The notes beneath the pieces are model-generated. The model was not told where the DNA came from, made no database searches, and was given only the letters and a program-made list of their open reading frames with translations. A stretch of DNA of 64,000 nt from Rhizophagus irregularis. Lineage: Eukaryota. The DNA is taken from contig NC_089434.1 in the NCBI RefSeq assembly GCF_026210795.1, positions 2,480,001-2,544,000 of the forward strand, in the 5' to 3' direction. Shown here one piece after another: positions 63,625 to 64,000 of the stretch (positions are counted from its first letter, which is position 1; each line of letters starts with the position of its first letter). Made by a program: the position numbers and the translations under genes.

Positions 63625-64000
63625 GTATACATGTTGCCAAAAATATATTAGACAAATCCCAAATCCCAAATTAATTATGGCATCCCAAATGTACAAATCC
63701 CAAATTATTACGGCATCCTAAAATAATTATGACATCCCAACCCTGCAAAAAATCTGATCTGTGTTTTATCTTTCCATGTTTTTTCTGTGAATGTATCATT
63801 TTAATGGAATTTATAGCCTTAATCATGGAAATTTTATAGCCTTAATCATGGAAATTTTCATTTCACTAACATGGATATCATTTTTATGGAATTTTTACGG
63901 AAGACACGGAGAAATAATGGAAATATTCAGATAAAAATTTTTTATAGGGCAAATGTACAAATCCCAAATTATTATGGCATCCCAAAATAATTATAACATC
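63625..64000. repeat. MITE fragments with GGCATCCCAAA-TAATT repeats
   Basis: Same repeat family as the flanks at about 41135-41191 and 49719-49860. hAT-like end CCCAACCCTG at 63745. Confidence 0.6.

Overview
Very AT-rich eukaryotic DNA with short GT-AG introns. The transposon families suggest a glomeromycete fungus such as Rhizophagus (inference). About 1-50 kb is a nested transposon cluster that can be taken apart using terminal repeats and target-site duplications (TSDs). The oldest layer (about 6119-40938, about 6.7 kb once inserts are removed) is an intronless, single-strand, virus/plasmid-like module. It holds an SF3 (D5/NrS-1-like) helicase, a compact family-B DNA polymerase, IQ/Zn-finger and F-box genes, an iteron-like origin, a repeated intergenic motif and a CMC-type terminus, but no visible capsid or integrase. 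Its polymerase is split by a MITE. The MITE is split by an about 8.2 kb RNase H-containing LINE, which holds a CACTA element (containing a deleted hAT), a hAT with a Myb/SANT-RS gene, and a Plavaka element (containing a hAT MITE). At 41192-49718 two inverted LINE copies, separated by a 200-N gap, sit between CACTG termini and a 3-bp TSD. The last 14 kb has three host genes (SDR, hypothetical, FANCF-like), a decayed Tc1 and several MITEs. All calls come from reading motifs by eye; no searches were run.
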